Shown: positions 59,977-64,000 of the stretch, in pieces | Position numbering within the stretch: position 1 is the first letter of the stretch | Layout of the letters: every line of letters starts with the position of its first letter | From: Bacteroidales bacterium | GTDB taxonomy: Bacteria; Bacteroidota; Bacteroidia; Bacteroidales; JAGONC01 | Reading direction: 5' to 3' | DNA length: 64,000 nucleotides | Assembly (NCBI GenBank): GCA_035342335.1 | Contig: DAOQWY010000008.1 | Span: 21,722 to 85,721, forward strand | Translations under genes and position numbers: made by a program | Notes under the pieces: model-generated | What the model was told of the DNA's origin: nothing | Seen by the model: the letters and a program-made list of their open reading frames with translations, nothing else | Database searches by the model: none

Positions 59977-61176
59977 ATGTCCAAGATTAAACCGATACTT
60001 TTTACCAGTAAAAAACTTGCGAATGGAAAACATCCGGTCATGCTGCGGATCACTCACCATAAAGTTGGCTATGTAGCCATCGGTTGTTCCTGCCGTCCTG
60101 AAGAGTGGGATGATGAATATTCCCGCCTGAAACCCGGTTTTCCGAATGCCAAGAGATGGAATAACCGGATTTTATCCGATTATGCCCTGGCAGAGCAATT
60201 TATCCTGGATATGGAAGCCAAAGGAAAATCGTTCACTGTTGAGGATGTGGTTAAGCATTTACGCAATGATTATGAGGAGATTGGATTCATGAAGTTTACC
60301 CAGCAGGAAATCGACCGTATGAAAGAGGTCAATAAGCTGGGTAATGCAGCTGTTTATCAAATGGCATTGAGTCTTGTCAAGAAATTCAGGAACGAAAAGG
60401 AGTTCGTCTTTGATGATCTGAATTATACAATGCTCAAAGAGCTCGAAACCTTTTGTTATAAGCACAACAACAGTAATAATACCGTCTGTTATTATATGCG
60501 CACGATCCGGGCTATATATAACAGGGCAATAAAAGCAGGGTGTGCATCAAATGACCTGTATCCTTTCAGAACCTATAAGTTCAAATACATCAATCCCCGG
60601 AAAAGGGCACTGAGCCAGGATGAAATCCGCATTCTTAAGAATAAGAAACTCAAAAAGGGCTCGGAACTCTGGCATGCCCAGAACCTTTTTTTCTTCAGCT
60701 TCTATTGCATGGGTATGAACTGGACGGATATGGCCCGGTTGAAAGTCAGTAATATCAGGAATGGCCGGATCTACTATAAACGGACCAAGACCGGCAGGGA
60801 ATATAACATTAAGATATCCGATCCCATAAAGAAGATCCTTTCACACTATTTGAATGGTAAATCAACAGACGATTACATATTTCCCATCATATCCCGGAAA
60901 GATAGCCATGAGCTGATCAGGAAGGATATAACGCTTCATATGCAATGGTTCAATGATACATTGAAGGATCTGGCCAGTACCTGCGGCATCCAGACCAACC
61001 TGACCTCCTATGTTGCACGGCATTCCTGGGCAACCATTGCCAGCCGGAAAAACATCAACATTGGCATCATCAGCGAAGGATTGGGCCACAGGGATATCAA
61101 AACCACCCAGACCTACCTGGCTAATTTTGGGAGTGATGAACTGGATGATGCCAATGATATAATTATTGATATCTGA
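59977..61176 (+). CDS. Site-specific tyrosine integrase (Bacteroidota type with arm-binding N-terminus)
   Basis: NGKHPVMLRIT arm domain; YMRTIRAIYNRA SAM-like domain; RTKT, YVARHSWA, LGH, TTQTY. Confidence 0.93.
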   Translation: MSKIKPILFTSKKLANGKHPVMLRITHHKVGYVAIGCSCRPEEWDDEYSRLKPGFPNAKRWNNRILSDYALAEQFILDMEAKGKSFTVEDVVKHLRNDYEEIGFMKFTQQEIDRMKEVNKLGNAAVYQMALSLVKKFRNEKEFVFDDLNYTMLKELETFCYKHNNSNNTVCYYMRTIRAIYNRAIKAGCASNDLYPFRTYKFKYINPRKRALSQDEIRILKNKKLKKGSELWHAQNLFFFSFYCMGMNWTDMARLKVSNIRNGRIYYKRTKTGREYNIKISDPIKKILSHYLNGKSTDDYIFPIISRKDSHELIRKDITLHMQWFNDTLKDLASTCGIQTNLTSYVARHSWATIASRKNINIGIISEGLGHRDIKTTQTYLANFGSDELDDANDIIIDI

Positions 61177-61195
61177 CCGCCTGATCCTCTGATCA

Positions 61196-61499
61196 AAAAA
61201 ATTTTCTTGCATTTTGTCCTGTGCTTATCATGATGTTATTCAGCATGTTAAATTAAATCCTGATTTCTTTCTGAAAATCTCGGTGAGTTTTGTCGGCAAC
61301 TTAAATTTCTCTTACTGTACCGGATGCTCAATACTTTACTATTTCCAAATAAATCTTGTTGCATTTTGTCTGTAACTTATGTCACTGTATATCTGTATAT
61401 TAGATTCACCCCCTATTATTCCTTGAAAATCACGGTGCATTTTGTCCCTGACTTAAATCCCTGTTTATCTTCATATTAAGTTAAAAATGAATTTTTTAT
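61196..61499 (+). repeat. Four degenerate direct repeats with an exact 76-bp period
   Basis: TTTTGTC-N5-CTTA begins at 61212, 61288, 61364 and 61440. Confidence 0.85.
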
Positions 61500-61509
61500 A
61501 AAAATTAAA

Positions 61510-61538
61510 ATGCTGTTAAACAGCATCTTATTTTTTTT
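61510..61538 (+). terminator. Possible intrinsic terminator after the repeat array
   Basis: ATGCTGTT-A-AACAGCAT inverted repeat followed by CTTA and a T8 run. Confidence 0.5.
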
Positions 61539-61646
61539 CATTTGTCCTCTGAATGCTTTTCGTTGCTTTTGCTTGTCCTTTTTTGCCCAATAGTACTCCA
61601 ATAGTTTTGCTTCCATAATCTTTTTAATTCATTAAAATCTGACAAA

Positions 61647-61961
61647 ATGGAAGTAATTACAATTGAATCCAAGGCTTTTCTTGAGCTTATGAAGAAGCTC
61701 GAAGAAATTGAGACCAGAGTCACCGAAACCGGCCAATCTGATCCAGAGATCCTTCAGGGTAAAAAAGGAACCAAAGAGGCATGGCTTGATAATGATGATG
61801 CATGCCATTTATTAAGAGTCAGTAAGAGGACCCTGCAGAACTACCGTGACAATGGAACCCTGCCCTTTTCCAAGTTTGGCAATAAGATCTATTACAAGGC
61901 CGCTGACATCGAAAAGCACCTGAATAAACACTATGTCAGAGGCTTCAGGACGGCTCGATAA
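61647..61961 (+). CDS. HTH_17 / MerR-like excisionase-family DNA-binding protein
   Basis: MEVITIES...WLDNDDACHLLRVSKRTLQNYRDNG.LPFSK.GNKIYYK. Confidence 0.9.
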   Translation: MEVITIESKAFLELMKKLEEIETRVTETGQSDPEILQGKKGTKEAWLDNDDACHLLRVSKRTLQNYRDNGTLPFSKFGNKIYYKAADIEKHLNKHYVRGFRTAR

Positions 61962-61989
61962 TATTGTCAAATCAGTAAAATAACATTAT

Positions 61990-64000
61990 ATGACTGCATC
62001 TTATTGCGAACAGCGATTATCTGAGCTTGGAATCGCCCCTGAACACAATCAGATCCCTCTGGAATACGATAGCGAACGGCAGATAATCTATGGATACTCG
62101 CCTCAGCAGGCCACATTCTTTCAGAGTGACCGGAAAGATAATATCAGGATCAACTATGTGACGTTGGAGGGGAATCTGGCAGACTTTGAGAACCAGGGCA
62201 AGCTGCAGGATTATTACCGTACCAGGATCCACCCGGACTTAGTCAAGGGGGATGCCAAATACATGAGCCCTAAAGGATCGAAAAGCTGCTTCTTTTATCC
62301 CCCTCTCATTATTAAATCATTCAGGGAACATCTGCCGCTTCATACCCTGGGTGTCGTGGAAGGAGAGTTCAAGGCTTTTAAAGCCTGTCTGCACGAAATT
62401 CCGGTTGCAGGTATCCAGGGGATCCACAATTTCAAAGACCGGGAAACGCTGGATCTGCCTGAAGACTTCAAAGATCTCATTAAGCGCTGCCAGGTCCGCA
62501 ACCTGATATTCCTGATGGATGCGGATTGCATTTCGGAAAAGTACGTGCAGAACAATTACCCCAGCAAAGACCTGTTCATCCGGCTGAACTCTTTTTATAC
62601 GGCTGTCAGGGCGTTCAGGGAGTTGAGCAAGGAATTTGAAATGGATGTGTACCTGGCCCATATCCGGGCAGAGTTTGAAGAAACGGCCAAGGGACTGGAT
62701 GATCTGCTGGTCCTGATGAATGGCAGGGAACAGCTGGTCAGGGAGGATTTGATGGCATTGACCAGGGCAAAGGATTTCTTTGAGATCATGAATATCTCCG
62801 ATTTCTCTCTGTTCAAAATTAAAACTCATTTCCTGCTCAGTGAAGATAAGAAGGGGCGGCCCGTTCTATTCTACGACCGGTTTAAGCATATCCTCGGGGA
62901 AGAGCCCTTCACGTTCAAATTCAGAAAATGGCAATACAAGGGGGGAGATCTGATGAACCTGGACGGTAATACGACTACTATAACAACTAAACCTGGGGGT
63001 GATTTCGTGTTTCGAAAGGATCTCCAGTTCTGGCAGGAAAAATCGACTAAATCAGGAGATAATTACCTGATTGATTATAAGTTTGATTATTACAATGCCT
63101 ATCAATTTTTAACAGCCAATAATTTTTACCGGTTTCGTAGGATCGGCAAGGAAAAGGACAAGGATTATGTATATGTGAGGATTGAAAATAAGATTCTCAC
63201 AGAAGTACTTCCCTATATGATGAGGGATTTCCTTGTAAGCTTCGTGAAGACCCTGAATAAGAAAGACCTTCTCAATATGATTTATAAAGGATGTGGCCAG
63301 TACCTCAATGAACCATCTCTTTCAAATATCGACCTGATCCAACTCGACATTGTCAGAAGCGGACCCGATTTTCAATATATGTTTTTCAACAATTTTGTCT
63401 GGAAAGTATCCAGTAATGAAATTGAGCAAATCCCTTATGATTCTTTTGAGGGCTATATCTGGAGGGAGAACGTCATAAATTTTTCACCGACACTCGTGGA
63501 GCCATTATTTAATGTGGACTTCGAAAGCGAAAAATTCCATCTTTCCATCAATGACGATCATGATTCTCATTTTCTCAGGTTTCTTTTAAATACCAGCCGG
63601 ATGTACCATAAAGTCGAAAACAGCATGTTAACCAATGAAATGAAATACGAGGAGGTTGTTCATTTTTTGAATAAAATCTCAGCCATTGGTTACCTGCTGC
63701 ACAATTTCAGGAATGACAGCCGGACATGGGCGGTTGTGGCCATGGACAACAGTATCTCAGAAGTAGGTGAAAGCAATGGAGGAACCGGTAAATCGTTGCT
63801 GGGATTTGCTTTTGATGAGGTCTGCAAAAGTATCTACATTGAGGGAAAATCCAAAAAACTGACAGACAATCCACATATCTGGGCTCTGGTAAATGAGCGT
63901 TCAGATATGATCTTTATTGACGATGTACGAATGGATGTTGATTTTGAATTCTTTTATACCGTAATCACCGGTAAGGTTAGTGTGAATCAAAAGAACATTC
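61990..64000 (+). CDS. Primase-helicase fusion (DUF3854/TOPRIM-like plus P-loop NTPase), truncated at window end and absent from the ORF track
   Basis: Translated by hand from ATG 61990: KYMSPKG, VVEGEFKA, GIQG, LMDAD, KGLDD (TOPRIM); later GGTGKS (Walker A) and IFIDD (Walker B). No stop seen before 64000. Confidence 0.85.
   Translation, partial: MTASYCEQRLSELGIAPEHNQIPLEYDSERQIIYGYSPQQATFFQSDRKDNIRINYVTLEGNLADFENQGKLQDYYRTRIHPDLVKGDAKYMSPKGSKSCFFYPPLIIKSFREHLPLHTLGVVEGEFKAFKACLHEIPVAGIQGIHNFKDRETLDLPEDFKDLIKRCQVRNLIFLMDADCISEKYVQNNYPSKDLFIRLNSFYTAVRAFRELSKEFEMDVYLAHIRAEFEETAKGLDDLLVLMNGREQLVREDLMALTRAKDFFEIMNISDFSLFKIKTHFLLSEDKKGRPVLFYDRFKHILGEEPFTFKFRKWQYKGGDLMNLDGNTTTITTKPGGDFVFRKDLQFWQEKSTKSGDNYLIDYKFDYYNAYQFLTANNFYRFRRIGKEKDKDYVYVRIENKILTEVLPYMMRDFLVSFVKTLNKKDLLNMIYKGCGQYLNEPSLSNIDLIQLDIVRSGPDFQYMFFNNFVWKVSSNEIEQIPYDSFEGYIWRENVINFSPTLVEPLFNVDFESEKFHLSINDDHDSHFLRFLLNTSRMYHKVENSMLTNEMKYEEVVHFLNKISAIGYLLHNFRNDSRTWAVVAMDNSISEVGESNGGTGKSLLGFAFDEVCKSIYIEGKSKKLTDNPHIWALVNERSDMIFIDDVRMDVDFEFFYTVITGKVSVNQKNI

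Larger units (their letters stand above)
59690..64000 (+). mobile_element. Integrative element or prophage-like island, left part (boundary approximate)
   Basis: Shift to AT-rich sequence near 59690; integrase, HTH excisionase-like gene and primase-helicase in the same orientation. Confidence 0.8.

Noticed and set aside
61196..61499. 76-bp array as a CRISPR array
   Set aside because: The conserved part is short and degenerate, there is no identical 25-45 bp repeat, and no cas gene is present in the window.

Overview
Bacteroidota-type (probably Bacteroidales-related) chromosomal window, inferred from three T9SS C-terminal-domain proteins, TAnnTTTG promoter motifs and gene content. It opens with the end of valS. 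Most of it is housekeeping and metabolic: rsmE, phhA, fbp, xylAB, araA-symporter-araD-araB, ggt, a WtpABC-type tungstate/molybdate transporter, pruA, dnaX, pyk, a GH13 enzyme, a MATE pump, ppk2 and tRNA-Ala(CGC). It ends in the left part of an AT-rich integrative element (integrase, excisionase-like HTH protein, primase-helicase running off the window). Main points of interest: (1) a selC-selA-selB locus with an intact tRNA-Sec of apparent 7/5 fold, an intact selA, and a selB reduced to an internally deleted, frameshifted relic; (2) an uncharacterised exported-protein operon in which three proteins, including a three-module LRR protein, share one degenerate domain; (3) four degenerate repeats at exactly 76-bp spacing between the integrase and excisionase; (4) a complete sigma-54 promoter architecture driving a small stand-alone domain gene; (5) many period-7/8/9 intergenic repeat tracts and REP-like hairpins, plus a divergent four-helix-bundle gene. 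All family calls come from motif recognition by eye; no searches were run.
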